This document shows, piece after piece, positions 1 through 11,000 of a stretch of DNA of 33,385 nucleotides. Below the pieces are notes generated by a model that was not told the DNA's origin, searched no databases, and saw only the letters and a program-made list of their open reading frames with translations. Numbering within the stretch: position 1 is the stretch's first letter; each line of letters begins with the position of its first letter. The stretch is from Fidelibacterota bacterium (GTDB lineage Bacteria > Fidelibacterota > Marinisomatia > Marinisomatales > UBA2128). The stretch covers positions 1 to 33,385 of the forward strand of contig JBHHUM010000021.1 of NCBI GenBank assembly GCA_046861645.1, given 5' to 3'. Both the position numbers and the translations under genes were made by a program.

Positions 1-1170
1 GTGATGATCGCCGGAAGTAAACGTACCCCAATTGGTGCTTTCCAGGGATCGTTAGCGAGTGTTCCAGCAGCCCGCTTGGGAGCGATTGCCATCGAGGCTG
101 CCCGGAAAGAGAGTGGAATTTCCCGTGAGTTGGTGGATGTGGTCATCATGGGGAATGTGCTTAGTGCGGGACAAGGACAGGCTCCAGCTCGACAGGCGGC
201 TCTCTACGCGGGTCTTCCGGAAGCAGTAGAATGCCTGACAGTTAACAAAATGTGTGGTTCAGGGTTGAAGGCGGTAATGCTGGCTGCTCAAGCGATCCAA
301 TGTGGGGACGCTGAGATTATTGTTGCAGGTGGGATGGAGAGTATGAGTTTTGCTCCATTCCTTATCCCAAGAGCCAGAACCGGTCTCCGGGTGGGTCATA
401 CCGAACTGGTGGATAGTATCATCATGGATGGTTTGTGGGATGTCTATAACGATAAGCACATGGGCAGTTGTACGGAAACCTGCGTTCGCAAATATAAGTT
501 CACCCGCGAGGAGCAGGATGAATTTGCCCAGGAATCTTATGTTCGCGCTCAAAAGGCTCAAAATAGTGGTACATTTGCCAGAGAAATCGAGCCAGTGAAA
601 ATCGAGGATCGTAAAGGGAGAATCTCAGTAGTAGCAGATGATGATGAACCACAGCGGGCAAACTTTGAGAAGATGAAGAATCTCCGCCCGGCCTTTGAGA
701 AGGACGGAACAGTGACAGCAGCCAATGCTTCCAAGATCAACGATGGTGCGGCAGCAGTAGTGATGATGAGCGCGGAAAAAGCTGAGGAACTGGGAATTAA
801 GCCGGCGGTTCGGATAGTGGCTCAGGCGAGCTTTGCCCAGGATCCTGAATGGTTCACCACCGCCCCGGTGGGGGCTATTCTTAAAGTGTTAGAAAAGTCG
901 AGTCTGGAGGTGGGAGATATCGATCTGTTCGAGATCAACGAAGCCTTTGCAGCAGTGACAATGGCTGCAGAGAAAGAGTTGGGACTGGATCACGACAAAG
1001 TGAACATCCACGGAGGAGCTGTAGCGCTGGGGCACCCCATCGGCGCCAGCGGAGCCCGCATTCTGGTGACACTCCTAAACGCTATAGAGAGCCGTGAGGC
1101 GAAACTTGGGCTAGCGTCACTCTGCATTGGGGGAGGTGAGGCGTCGGCGATGATCGTGGAGAAACTATAG
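1..1170 (+). CDS. Acetyl-CoA C-acetyltransferase (thiolase), probably missing a few N-terminal codons at the window edge
   Basis: RTPIG, NKMCGSG (catalytic Cys), NEAF, GHPIGASG and CIGGG thiolase motifs; ORF starts at base 1. Confidence 0.96.
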   Translation: MMIAGSKRTPIGAFQGSLASVPAARLGAIAIEAARKESGISRELVDVVIMGNVLSAGQGQAPARQAALYAGLPEAVECLTVNKMCGSGLKAVMLAAQAIQCGDAEIIVAGGMESMSFAPFLIPRARTGLRVGHTELVDSIIMDGLWDVYNDKHMGSCTETCVRKYKFTREEQDEFAQESYVRAQKAQNSGTFAREIEPVKIEDRKGRISVVADDDEPQRANFEKMKNLRPAFEKDGTVTAANASKINDGAAAVVMMSAEKAEELGIKPAVRIVAQASFAQDPEWFTTAPVGAILKVLEKSSLEVGDIDLFEINEAFAAVTMAAEKELGLDHDKVNIHGGAVALGHPIGASGARILVTLLNAIESREAKLGLASLCIGGGEASAMIVEKL

Positions 1171-1172
1171 AA

Positions 1173-2321
1173 ATGGATTTCGATTACACAGAGGAACAGA
1201 TATTGGTTCAGAAGACTGCCCGTGAATTTGCCCGGGAGCAGTTAGCGCCTGGCGTTAAGGAACGGGATGACAAGATGGAGTATCCGGCGGAGCAGATCAA
1301 GATGCTTGGTGAGATGGGCTTCATGGGAATGATGGTCCCGGAGGAGTGGGGCGGCGCTGGTTTCGATACACTAAGTTACTGTCTTGCTGAAGAGGAAATT
1401 TCCCGTGAGGATGCTTCTGTAGGAGTGGTACTTTCAGTGAATAACTCTCTGGTATGCCAGCTTTTGATGGATTGGGGAAATGAAGATCAGAAGGAAAAGT
1501 ATCTGAAAAAGCTGGCGTCAGGTGAGTGGCTGGGCGCCTTTTCTCTTAGCGAACCTCAAGCCGGTTCAGACGCCTCCAATCTACTCTGCACCGCCAAGCG
1601 GGATGGTGATTATTACATCCTGAATGGTACCAAGAACTGGGTTACTAATGGCATTCATTCCAATGTTGTGATTGTGTTTGCAGTAACGGAGAAGGGAGTA
1701 GGGCACAAGGGAATTTCCGCTTTCATCGTAGAAAAGGGAACTGATGGTTTCACTACAGGTAAAAAGGAAAACAAATTGGGAATACGTGCCTCGGACACTT
1801 GTGAACTTTATTTTGATCATTGTCAGATACCAGTTCAAAATCGACTTGCCAATGAAAGTGATGGCTTCAAGATTGCCATGAAGACACTTGATGGTGGCAG
1901 GATCGGGATCGCCTCGCAAGCCCTGGGTATTGCCCGTGCCGCTTTAGAAGAGTCAGTCCGTTATGCTCAGGAGCGAAAACAGTTTGGGAAGCCTTTAACT
2001 TCTTTTGGTGCGATCCGAGAAAAGATAGCCAAGATGAGTATCAATCTGGATGCTGCCCGCCTGTTGACTCACAAAGCTGCCGTTCTTAAGGATCAGAAGC
2101 AACCTTTTTCAGCAGCTTCAGCCAAAGCCAAATGGATGGCATCTCAAACAGCCATGGAAGCAACTACTGAATGTGTCCAGATTTTTGGTGGCTACGGATA
2201 CATGCAGGAGTATGGCGTAGAGCGTCTTATGCGGGATGCCAAAATTACTCAGATTTATGAAGGAACATCTGAAGTTCAACTTCTCGTCATTGCGAGAGCA
2301 ACTATGGGGGAATTATCATGA
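1173..2321 (+). CDS. Acyl-CoA dehydrogenase (short/branched-chain type)
   Basis: SLSEPQAGSD, NGTKNWVTN, RKQFG, QIFGGYGY and IYEGTSE motifs. Confidence 0.95.
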   Translation: MDFDYTEEQILVQKTAREFAREQLAPGVKERDDKMEYPAEQIKMLGEMGFMGMMVPEEWGGAGFDTLSYCLAEEEISREDASVGVVLSVNNSLVCQLLMDWGNEDQKEKYLKKLASGEWLGAFSLSEPQAGSDASNLLCTAKRDGDYYILNGTKNWVTNGIHSNVVIVFAVTEKGVGHKGISAFIVEKGTDGFTTGKKENKLGIRASDTCELYFDHCQIPVQNRLANESDGFKIAMKTLDGGRIGIASQALGIARAALEESVRYAQERKQFGKPLTSFGAIREKIAKMSINLDAARLLTHKAAVLKDQKQPFSAASAKAKWMASQTAMEATTECVQIFGGYGYMQEYGVERLMRDAKITQIYEGTSEVQLLVIARATMGELS

Positions 2322-3370
2322 CAATTAACGAAGTGGATATAGAGTATCCACTACAGGATATCGATTGGGATAATCTTTCTTTTACAGTCACTCCAACCCG
2401 CTCCATGTGGTTGATGGAGTGTGAAGGAGATCATATCTGGGATGAGGGACATCTGGAACCTTTCCGGACACTAAGGTTATCTCCTGCTGCTGGGGTACTG
2501 AATTATGGGCAGGGGGTTTTCGAGGGCTTGAAGGCTTATCGCACGGTCAGAGATCGTATTGTGCTGTTTCGTCCGGAAAGAAATGCGGAAAGATTTGAAA
2601 CTTCAGCTACTCGGTTGTGTATTCCACCGATCCCCAGGGATAAATTCGTTGAGGGTGTCGAAGCGGTTGTGCGGGATAATGCTGATTTTGTACCCCCCAG
2701 CGGAAAAGGAAGTCTTTACATCCGGCCTATTCTATGGGGTTCTGGACCTGTTTTAGGCGTAAAACCTGCTCCATGGTTTTCCTTCCTAATATATGTTTCC
2801 CCCGTAGGACCCTATTTTAAAGGGGGGCTCCGTTGTCTTAATTTGAAGGTGATGCATGAGTTTCACAGAGCTGCTCCACATGGTACTGGAAGCGTTAAGG
2901 CTATTGGTAATTATGCCGCCTCCCTTTATCCCCTGATGCAAGCGAAAAAGGAAGGATATGATGAGGTGATATATCTTAATGCTGCCAATGAAGATTTAGT
3001 GGAAGAAGTTGGTGCTGCTAATCTTTTTGCTGTACATGGGAATAAGATCATTACCCCCCGATTAGGTGGATCTATACTTCCAGGAGTAACCCGTGATTCG
3101 GTGTTAACGATTGCTCGTGAACTTTTGGGATTAGAGACTGAAGAACGAGATGTGACACTGGAGGAAGTGATAGCTGCTGATGAAGTTTTCTGTTCAGGTA
3201 CTGCAGCAGTTGTCATGCCCATTGGACAAATTACCGATGGTGGGAAAACGGTTACTTTTTGTGAAGAAAAGATTGGTCCTATAACCAGGGAGCTGTATGA
3301 TACACTCACTGGTATCCAGAAAGAGAAGCGTGAAGATACATTCGGTTGGCTTTGGCCTGTGGAGATGTAA
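2318..3370 (+). CDS. ilvE: Branched-chain amino acid aminotransferase
   Basis: YGQGVFEGLKAY, LYIRP, VKAIGNY (PLP Lys), ILPGVTRDS and SGTAA motifs; ATGA overlap with the upstream gene. Confidence 0.95.
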   Translation: MTINEVDIEYPLQDIDWDNLSFTVTPTRSMWLMECEGDHIWDEGHLEPFRTLRLSPAAGVLNYGQGVFEGLKAYRTVRDRIVLFRPERNAERFETSATRLCIPPIPRDKFVEGVEAVVRDNADFVPPSGKGSLYIRPILWGSGPVLGVKPAPWFSFLIYVSPVGPYFKGGLRCLNLKVMHEFHRAAPHGTGSVKAIGNYAASLYPLMQAKKEGYDEVIYLNAANEDLVEEVGAANLFAVHGNKIITPRLGGSILPGVTRDSVLTIARELLGLETEERDVTLEEVIAADEVFCSGTAAVVMPIGQITDGGKTVTFCEEKIGPITRELYDTLTGIQKEKREDTFGWLWPVEM

Positions 3371-3379
3371 CTATTGAGC

Positions 3380-3811
3380 ATGATCCACAGTAGAAGGCAA
3401 GCCCGAGAATTTGTTCTACAGGCCCTGTATGCCTATGAATTTACCCACGATAAACCAAAAGATATCATAGCCAGATTGAAAGAGAGGAATGAAGATACAG
3501 AGGTTGATGAGGAGACCGAGGAATATATGTGGAAATTGTTCAGTACTACCCTTGCTAAACAGGATTGGACCAGTGTTGAAATCAAGAGACGTCTTCAGAA
3601 CTGGGAGTATGATAGGGTAGCTCTTATTGATCGTTTGGTTTTACAGATGATGATCACTGAGATGGTTTTTTTTGAAGATATTCCGCCTAAGGTCTCTATC
3701 TCTGAGGGGGTTGAAATCTCAAAAAAATATAGCACTCCAGATAGTGGCGGTTTTGTTAATGGCATTCTTGATTCTATCTATCATTCATTGGATACTTTGT
3801 CAACACATTAA
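3380..3811 (+). CDS. nusB: Transcription antitermination factor NusB
   Basis: RRQAREFVLQALY, W..DRV..IDR, P.KV.I.E.VE..K.Y and FVNGILD motifs; ATG at 3380 preferred over TTG at 3374. Confidence 0.95.
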   Translation: MIHSRRQAREFVLQALYAYEFTHDKPKDIIARLKERNEDTEVDEETEEYMWKLFSTTLAKQDWTSVEIKRRLQNWEYDRVALIDRLVLQMMITEMVFFEDIPPKVSISEGVEISKKYSTPDSGGFVNGILDSIYHSLDTLSTH

Positions 3812-3845
3812 GTAAATTAAAATATTAAGGGAAATAACTTAAAGG

Positions 3846-6800
3846 ATGACAAACATACTCCAGAAGTTATTCGGTACTAAATCTGATCGGGAAATAAAGG
3901 ATTACCTACCGATTGTAGCAGAGATTAACGGTATTTATTCAACTCTTGCTGAGAAAAGTGATGAAGGTTTGGTCGCTCGGACCCATGAGTTCCAGGAAAG
4001 TTTGCAGGAAGTTAGGAAGTCCGCAGTAGAAGCAGCTACAGCTGAGGGTTTAACTGACAAGGAATTGCAGGAGTATGTATTTGCAGCGGAACAGGAAGTC
4101 CTGGAAGAATTTCTACCCGAAGCCTTTGCCATGGTGAAAGAGATCTGTCGTCGTCTGGTTGGCCAGACATGGAAAGTAGCCGGACAACCTACAACATGGA
4201 ATATGATTCCTTACGATGTGCAGCTTGTAGGGGCAATTGTGCTTCATAAAGGTAAAGTAGCGGAAATGAAGACTGGTGAAGGTAAAACTCTTGTTGCTAC
4301 TATGCCTATTTATCTGAATGCTCTGACTGGTCGAGGTGTTCATATTGTCACCGTAAACGACTATCTGGCATTACGTGATTCCCAGTGGATGGGAAAGATA
4401 TTTGAGCGGTTGGGTCTTACGGTAAGTTCTATTTTAAATCATATGAGTAAGGACGAAAGACGAACAGTTTATAAATGTGATATTACTTACGGAACAAACA
4501 ATGAATTTGGTTTTGATTATCTGCGTGACAACATGTCTCTTTCGCAACTGGAGCAGGTGCAGCGTGGACATGCATTCGCAATAATTGATGAAGTAGATTC
4601 GATTCTCATAGATGAGGCTCGTACACCTCTCATCATTTCTGGTACAGTTGATCATCCAACTGAGTCGAAGGTAAAAGAATACAAGCCCATGGTGGAACGG
4701 CTCATACGACAACAGACTAGCCTGGTGAATCAATTGGTTTCGGAAGCAGAAAAGCTGATGGCAGAGGGCAGAAATGACGAAGCAGGTTTAAAGTTTCTGC
4801 AAGCAATGCGTGGAGCCCCTAAAAACCGCCGGTTGTCGAAATTGTTTCAGGAAGGTTTGGCTAAGAAACTGGCACTTAGTGTGGAATCGGCTTACATGCG
4901 TGATAAGCGGCTACATGAAGTTGATGAGGATCTTTATTTCAGTATTGATGAAAAAAGTCATGTCATCGATCTAACTGAGAAAGGTCGACAGGCTTTGGCT
5001 CCCAATAATCCTGAAATGTTCGTCATACCTGATTTGGGTGAGATGTTGCACGAGATTGGGAATAATAACGTGTTAACTCCTCAGGAAAAGAGACAGGAGG
5101 AGGAGAAAGCGAGACTCCTCCACAGCGAGCGTAGTGAAGTTATTCATCATATCAGTCAATTGCTCCGAGCTTATTCTCTCTATGAAAGGGATGTTGATTA
5201 TGTGGTGCAGGACGGTAAAGTACTTATTGTGGATCAGTTTACTGGACGCATTTTGCCTGGACGACGTTATAGTGAAGGACTGCATCAGGCCCTGGAGGCA
5301 AGAGAAAATGTCAAGATAGAGCGTGAAACCCAGACACTGGCGACCATTACTATTCAGAATTATTTCCGGATGTATAACAAACTGGCAGGTATGACCGGTA
5401 CAGCTGAAACCGAAGCGGAAGAGCTCCATTCTATCTATGGGTTGGATGTCACAGTCATTCCTACTCATGAGCCAGTTATTCGTGTAGATCACGAAGATCT
5501 TGTGTATAGAACCAAACGGGAGAAGTACAATGCAGTTTTAGATGAGATAGTAGATTGTCATCAAAGGGGACAACCCGTACTGGTTGGAACTATTAGTGTG
5601 GAAGTGTCAGAAACGCTTTCACGAATGTTAAAGCGACGTGGTGTTCCGCATAATGTACTGAATGCCAAACAGCATCAGAGAGAAGCGGAGATTGTGGTAA
5701 GAGCTGGGCAACGGGGAGCAGTGACGATTGCTACCAATATGGCTGGACGAGGAACGGATATAAAATTGGGCGAAGGAGTTGTAGAATTAGGTGGATTACA
5801 TATCATTGGTACAGAACGTCATGAATCACGACGTATAGATTTGCAGCTTCGGGGTCGTTCAGGACGACAGGGTGATCCCGGTTCATCTCGTTTCTATCTG
5901 AGTCTGGAAGATGACCTTATGCGTCTGTTTGGTAGCGAACGGATCGCAAATATCATGGATCGTCTCGGTGTTGAAGAAGGTGAGGTTATCACTCATAAAA
6001 TGGTTACAAGATCCATAGAACGGGCTCAGAAAAAGGTAGAAGCCAGAAACTTCTCTATTCGGAAAAGACTCCTGGAATATGATGATGTAATGAATCAACA
6101 AAGGGAGGTGATATATAGTTTAAGGGATAAAGCTCTGCAGAGTAGCGATGTGAGTGATGAAATCAAGACTATCACTGATGATTACATTGCTGATATGCTG
6201 GAAGCACATCGTGTCAATGGAGAGTGGGACCTGGAGATGTTATTGACGGAATTATCCTCAGTCATGACAGTGAATATTGATGAAAGTGTTATCGATCAGA
6301 AACCAGAAGAAATTCTGCATGACTTGATAGTTGAAAAAGCTGAAGCCATCTACTCTGATCGGAAGAAATTGGTCGATCCTGATCTTATGCGAGCCTTTGA
6401 ACGGTACATCCTTTTAAGGACTATTGACGAAAAATGGAAAGATCATCTCTATGCAATGGATCAGCTCCGTGAAGGTGTAAATTTGCGAGCTTATGGACAG
6501 AAGGATCCCTTACTGGAATACAAATCAGAAGGGTTTGAATTGTTTGTTCAGGCCTTGGCAGAGATTAACAGGGAAGTGATCCAGCGGTTGTACCGGACAC
6601 AACTACAGGGAATGCAGGAAGCTCCTACATTAAGAAGTTCTCGGGTACCAAGTGGATTACAAGTACGACATGCAGATTCTACGGGTATGGGATTTGTGGG
6701 CTCATCTCCCAATTCTTATGGAGGACAAACCCAGCCGCAAGCAGCTCGGGCGGGTAAGCCAAAGCCTATTACGGTCGGTGAAAAGGTTGGGCGGAATGAT

Positions 6801-6857
6801 CCTTGTCCATGTGGAAGTGGGAAAAAATATAAGAAATGTCATGGGAATGTGATCTAA
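3846..6857 (+). CDS. secA: Preprotein translocase ATPase SecA
   Basis: [47 protein letters not shown] and C-terminal SEC-C motif [18 protein letters not shown]. Confidence 0.99.
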   Translation: MTNILQKLFGTKSDREIKDYLPIVAEINGIYSTLAEKSDEGLVARTHEFQESLQEVRKSAVEAATAEGLTDKELQEYVFAAEQEVLEEFLPEAFAMVKEICRRLVGQTWKVAGQPTTWNMIPYDVQLVGAIVLHKGKVAEMKTGEGKTLVATMPIYLNALTGRGVHIVTVNDYLALRDSQWMGKIFERLGLTVSSILNHMSKDERRTVYKCDITYGTNNEFGFDYLRDNMSLSQLEQVQRGHAFAIIDEVDSILIDEARTPLIISGTVDHPTESKVKEYKPMVERLIRQQTSLVNQLVSEAEKLMAEGRNDEAGLKFLQAMRGAPKNRRLSKLFQEGLAKKLALSVESAYMRDKRLHEVDEDLYFSIDEKSHVIDLTEKGRQALAPNNPEMFVIPDLGEMLHEIGNNNVLTPQEKRQEEEKARLLHSERSEVIHHISQLLRAYSLYERDVDYVVQDGKVLIVDQFTGRILPGRRYSEGLHQALEARENVKIERETQTLATITIQNYFRMYNKLAGMTGTAETEAEELHSIYGLDVTVIPTHEPVIRVDHEDLVYRTKREKYNAVLDEIVDCHQRGQPVLVGTISVEVSETLSRMLKRRGVPHNVLNAKQHQREAEIVVRAGQRGAVTIATNMAGRGTDIKLGEGVVELGGLHIIGTERHESRRIDLQLRGRSGRQGDPGSSRFYLSLEDDLMRLFGSERIANIMDRLGVEEGEVITHKMVTRSIERAQKKVEARNFSIRKRLLEYDDVMNQQREVIYSLRDKALQSSDVSDEIKTITDDYIADMLEAHRVNGEWDLEMLLTELSSVMTVNIDESVIDQKPEEILHDLIVEKAEAIYSDRKKLVDPDLMRAFERYILLRTIDEKWKDHLYAMDQLREGVNLRAYGQKDPLLEYKSEGFELFVQALAEINREVIQRLYRTQLQGMQEAPTLRSSRVPSGLQVRHADSTGMGFVGSSPNSYGGQTQPQAARAGKPKPITVGEKVGRNDPCPCGSGKKYKKCHGNVI

Positions 6858-7067
6858 GGCAAGCTAATTCATTTTTAGGAAAAAACATATATGACGAATT
6901 GTACGCTAATTGTAACTTCGCCTCATGTATCAAGTTAGGAGTCTTCCTAAATGCTGGTGTGAGATAAATCAATCCGTAAAGGTGTCAAGCAGCTTATATT
7001 AATTCAGTTTGCTTGCGCTAGTGTTACTTCGTAACCAAGGAATTTTTTAATAATAGATGGAGTCGAA

Positions 7068-10000
7068 ATGAATTCAAGAAATATCCCTTCGTTGGTTTAC
7101 CTTTTACTTCCTGTTCTACTTCTTGGGCAGGTTGATTATTACACCGAAATACAACCAATTTTTAACTCTTATTGTATCAGTTGCCACGTATCCGGACATT
7201 CCAGCGGCCTCGATCTTACTCAGTCTGCCAGCTACCAGGATCTGGTAAATGTAGAATCTTCTAATTATGCTCCTGCTTTAAGGGTTGAACCTTATGCGGC
7301 TGAAAATTCTGTGTTATGGAATAAAATATCAAATAGTGGTACTTATGGTAGTGTCATGCCGCCCAGCGGCCAAATAGATCAGAACCACATAGACCTTATA
7401 TCAACCTGGATAGATGAGGGAGCCTGGGAAACCCCCAATACAGGTGAAGGAGATATCATCCTCTCACTTGAAGATGTCGAGGTTGATGCCTACACGGCTG
7501 ATGTGATTGTACCGGTTAATTTAGCAAATGCCTCTGATGTTGTTGGTGGTTTGCAGTTTGATATTTTGCAGTCACCAAATATGTTACTCTTAACAGGTGT
7601 AGATGCTGTCGGTCGTGCAGTAGGATTTGATGTTTCTTTCAATGATTTTGGAGATGGATTTGGTCGTATTGTTTTAGTGAGTACTGCTGGAGCCAATATT
7701 GAGGTTGGTGATAGTACGATACTTGAATTGCATTTTGATGGCAGTGGAGTACCCTCTGCAGTAGTGACTCTCTCCCTTTCCGGTTTGATTGTATCCGATC
7801 CGGATGGAATTGAACTGGATGCCAGCGTGGGTGACCCTACTACGGTAACCGTTGGTACTACCGCCTCCCTTTTTGTTGAGGGAGACACAGCTGATGCTGG
7901 CGAACAAGTGGGTATTTCTGTGAGTCTTACTAACGGTTCTGGGGTGGGTGGCCTACAGTTCGATTTGGTGGACACACCCAATGATCTGATTATAGACACG
8001 GTCATAACGACGGGTAGAGCAGAAGGTTTTCAAGTGGATTGGACGGAAATTAGTGGAGCCCTAAGAGTGATTGTATGGGATCCCGCTAACGGTTCAATTG
8101 TTACTGGAGCAGGTGAAATAGTTTCCATTACTGCTACCGTTGGTTCTTTTGTTCATGCGGGGGATATTAACCTTGCTTTTGAAAATGTAGTAGTTTCCGA
8201 CGATATTGGTGGTTCCCTCTGGATTGCTGAATTGGGAACGGGAGTAGTTACTGTTTACCCCGGGTACCTCGAACCTCCAGTTGATCTTACTGCGGAATCT
8301 GGACTTGACGGTCATGTCCCGCTAACCTGGAGTGAACCCTCCGGAGGTGGTGGAGGGGGAGGAGGTGAATCCTCCTATACCCAGTGTTTTGAAATTTGTG
8401 ATGATTCACCTTGGGATCTGGAAATAGAACATGCTGTTGATAATGGTACAGGGGGTTGGTTTCGTGGTGAAGATGGTTCTGATATTCCTTGTGGTACGGG
8501 GTTTAATACCTGTGGTGTAGATGTGGATGGTACCTGTGCGGTAGCTGTCTGGACTGCAACAGGGTTTGCTGTAGATTCCCGAATGATTACACCATTGGTT
8601 GATCTTTCTGGTTACGGTTCGGTAGTTTTGAACTGGTGGACTGCCTATTCGTATACCAGCTATGCGACTATGGTGAACGAGGTTCAAGTATCTACTGATG
8701 GAGGCGGTACCTGGGTAACTGTATACGAGGATGATCCTTTTACCACAGGAGATGTACTGATCGAGCGGTCAGTAGATATAAGTAGTTATGTTGGTCAGAG
8801 TATTCAGGTAGCTTTTCGTTTTCTTGATGATAGCTTTGGTGAAGCATGGTTCGTTGATGATATCGAAATTATAGGTGATGGTATGATTTCATCACCCCAG
8901 AGACTCACCCTCAATACTCCCGAAGTCAAGAATGGATTAAATTTAGCTGCCTGGGTAGCTGGTGGAGAGTATGACACTCCAGAGGTTGCTCGAGAATTGG
9001 TAGCCTATAATATTTATCGTTCAACAACTTCTGGTGAAGGTTATGAGTTATTGGATATAGTTGATCCGGGAACATTGGAATATGATGATACTTCTGTAAT
9101 TAATGGTACCTGGTATTTCTATGTAGTCAGTGCCGATTACGGAGAAATGGGTGAATCTGGTTTTTCGAATGAAGCTGAAGCGCTCCCTGCTGAGTGGATT
9201 AACATGTCCCTCAGTAATGGAGCTGCTCTTTCGGGCTATGTTGACACAATATTTGTAAGTTTGGAAAACGCATCTTCAGTCAGTGAATTCTCATTTACAA
9301 TTTCCGATGTTCCCAATGCTGTGGTTGCTGAAGCGGTGGTTACAACTGACCGGACAAGCGGATTTACTGTCGAATTTTCTGAACTAGCGGGTGGCAGTAT
9401 GACCGCTAGTTTTACTGGTGGGGAAGTAAGCCCAGGGGAGGGGCCAGTAGCCGCCATTGCCTATCTGGCATCTTCAACATCTGAAGTGGTAGCGGATCTT
9501 TTAATTACTCAGGCAGATGCTTCTGGACCTGATGGAAATATCTTTATTGTTGGGACCCAGGATGGGACTTTTGAGGTCTTTATTGAGACCCAATATGCCA
9601 TGATGAGTGGTGGATTTGCTGATCCTGGTGGTGATGGAACTGTGGTATTGAGTCTTTCCAATACGCAGCCAATCTATGGTTTTGAGATTTTTATTATCGA
9701 CAATCCCGAAGTTTTGGAAGGGGTTTCTGTAAGTGCCTCCGAACGTGTACCAAGTAGTATCGTTATTTCAGGATCTGAAACTGATGGGGTCTACTGGATA
9801 ACAGCGGTTGGTTTTTCGGAAGAGGCTATTGAACCGGGTGTTGGACCTATCGCTGAGATCACTTTCTCTGTGGATCCAACTGCTGAGTTGGAAACAGTTG
9901 TTGACATGAGCTTTGGTTCATATCAATTCTGGGGTCCTGGCCAGAGTGAAATCTATACCCTGATATCCACCGGTGATTTTGCTATTGGTACTCCTGAGGC

Positions 10001-10724
10001 CCTTTTCTCTATTGGCGGAGGAAGTGCTGAAATTGGTGGTGATGGAACTTATACAGTAGACTTAGCCAATAGTGTAGATGTTTTTGGATTTCAGGTGTTT
10101 ATTGAGGATTTCCCCAACTGGTTAACAGTAACAGAGGTAACACCTACTGATCGAATCCCTGCAGATGCCAGTATGTCATGGAATGAATTTACTGATGGTA
10201 GTCTCCGTATCCTGGAATTTGATATGACGCCACCCGTGGAAGCGATACTTCCCGGGGAAGGACCGATACTAACTGTTTCCGTAAATGTCTCTTCGGGAGC
10301 AGAAGAGGGAGCTGTTGCTCTTAGTTTCACTGAAACTGCTGCATCTGATGCTGAGGGTGAACCTACTATATTTACTTTCGGATTAGGCAACTGGTTTGGT
10401 ATCGGTGAGGCTAGTATTGTAACTAATACACTCGGAGTTATTCCGGATAGATACTCCCTTTATCAGAATTACCCCAATCCTTTCAACCCGATAACTATGA
10501 TAGTGTATGATTTACCACAATCAGGTTATACCAAAGTAATAGTGTTGAATCTCCTGGGACAGGAAGTCACTCTTTTAGCGGATGGTTTTCAGGAGGCAGG
10601 TCAGTACCAAATCCACTGGAATGGTAGAGATAAAGCTGGTTTACCAGTTAACAGCGGTGTCTATTTTTATCATGTGGAGAGCGGTAATTTTTCCGCAACA
10701 AAGAAGATGATCTTATTGAAGTAA
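7068..10724 (+). CDS. Large secreted acidic protein: N-terminal monoheme cytochrome c, five cohesin-like domains, FN3 interrupted by a MAM/adhesin-like domain, T9SS-type/FlgD-Ig C-terminal domain
   Basis: Signal-like N-terminus; CISCH at 7173-7187 with later MPP and TWIDEGA; repeated V.L.N...(V/I).G(L/F)(Q/E) units; C-terminal YQNYPNPFNP...SGVYFY...KKMILLK. Confidence 0.8.
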   Translation: MNSRNIPSLVYLLLPVLLLGQVDYYTEIQPIFNSYCISCHVSGHSSGLDLTQSASYQDLVNVESSNYAPALRVEPYAAENSVLWNKISNSGTYGSVMPPSGQIDQNHIDLISTWIDEGAWETPNTGEGDIILSLEDVEVDAYTADVIVPVNLANASDVVGGLQFDILQSPNMLLLTGVDAVGRAVGFDVSFNDFGDGFGRIVLVSTAGANIEVGDSTILELHFDGSGVPSAVVTLSLSGLIVSDPDGIELDASVGDPTTVTVGTTASLFVEGDTADAGEQVGISVSLTNGSGVGGLQFDLVDTPNDLIIDTVITTGRAEGFQVDWTEISGALRVIVWDPANGSIVTGAGEIVSITATVGSFVHAGDINLAFENVVVSDDIGGSLWIAELGTGVVTVYPGYLEPPVDLTAESGLDGHVPLTWSEPSGGGGGGGGESSYTQCFEICDDSPWDLEIEHAVDNGTGGWFRGEDGSDIPCGTGFNTCGVDVDGTCAVAVWTATGFAVDSRMITPLVDLSGYGSVVLNWWTAYSYTSYATMVNEVQVSTDGGGTWVTVYEDDPFTTGDVLIERSVDISSYVGQSIQVAFRFLDDSFGEAWFVDDIEIIGDGMISSPQRLTLNTPEVKNGLNLAAWVAGGEYDTPEVARELVAYNIYRSTTSGEGYELLDIVDPGTLEYDDTSVINGTWYFYVVSADYGEMGESGFSNEAEALPAEWINMSLSNGAALSGYVDTIFVSLENASSVSEFSFTISDVPNAVVAEAVVTTDRTSGFTVEFSELAGGSMTASFTGGEVSPGEGPVAAIAYLASSTSEVVADLLITQADASGPDGNIFIVGTQDGTFEVFIETQYAMMSGGFADPGGDGTVVLSLSNTQPIYGFEIFIIDNPEVLEGVSVSASERVPSSIVISGSETDGVYWITAVGFSEEAIEPGVGPIAEITFSVDPTAELETVVDMSFGSYQFWGPGQSEIYTLISTGDFAIGTPEALFSIGGGSAEIGGDGTYTVDLANSVDVFGFQVFIEDFPNWLTVTEVTPTDRIPADASMSWNEFTDGSLRILEFDMTPPVEAILPGEGPILTVSVNVSSGAEEGAVALSFTETAASDAEGEPTIFTFGLGNWFGIGEASIVTNTLGVIPDRYSLYQNYPNPFNPITMIVYDLPQSGYTKVIVLNLLGQEVTLLADGFQEAGQYQIHWNGRDKAGLPVNSGVYFYHVESGNFSATKKMILLK

Positions 10725-10750
10725 GAGTAATTATTCATTAATTTTTTGTG

Positions 10751-10785
10751 AAAGAGGACAGTTTCGACTGCCCTCTTTGTGTTTT
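10751..10785 (+). terminator. Rho-independent terminator
   Basis: AAAGAGGACAGT-TTCG-ACTGCCCTCTTT hairpin (one mismatch) followed by GTGTTTT, 26 nt after the 10724 stop. Confidence 0.75.
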
Positions 10786-10823
10786 AAGGATAGGTTCTTT
10801 TGACTAAATTAAAGCCTTCATTT

Positions 10824-10907
10824 GCCGTGGTGGTGGAATTGGTAGACACGCTAGCCTTAGGAGCTGGTAGCTATCTGGCTGTGCGAGTTCGAGTCTCGCC
10901 CACGGCA
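10824..10907 (+). tRNA. tRNA-Leu (anticodon TAG), CCA not encoded
   Basis: Acceptor stem GCCGTGG/CCACGGC plus A discriminator; D-loop GGAATTGGTAGAC; anticodon arm CTAGC-CT-TAG-GA-GCTGG (TAG 10858-10860); long variable arm; GTTCGAGTC T-loop. Confidence 0.97.
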
Positions 10908-11000
10908 CATTACTCTACAGAATAATAAGAAACATCAAAGAAGTCTTCCTCGATCCACCTGTTCAGTTAAAGTACTGGAAGAAATCTACCTATCTGGTAC

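Noticed and set aside
4660..5160. Long insertion in SecA
   Set aside because: Long SecA proteins are typical of FCB-group bacteria; useful as a taxonomic hint only
6935..7016. Short inverted repeats between secA and the secreted protein (TTAGGA-GTCT-TCCTAA; CAAGCA...TGCTTG)
   Set aside because: Six-bp stems are expected by chance; no recognisable riboswitch or ncRNA
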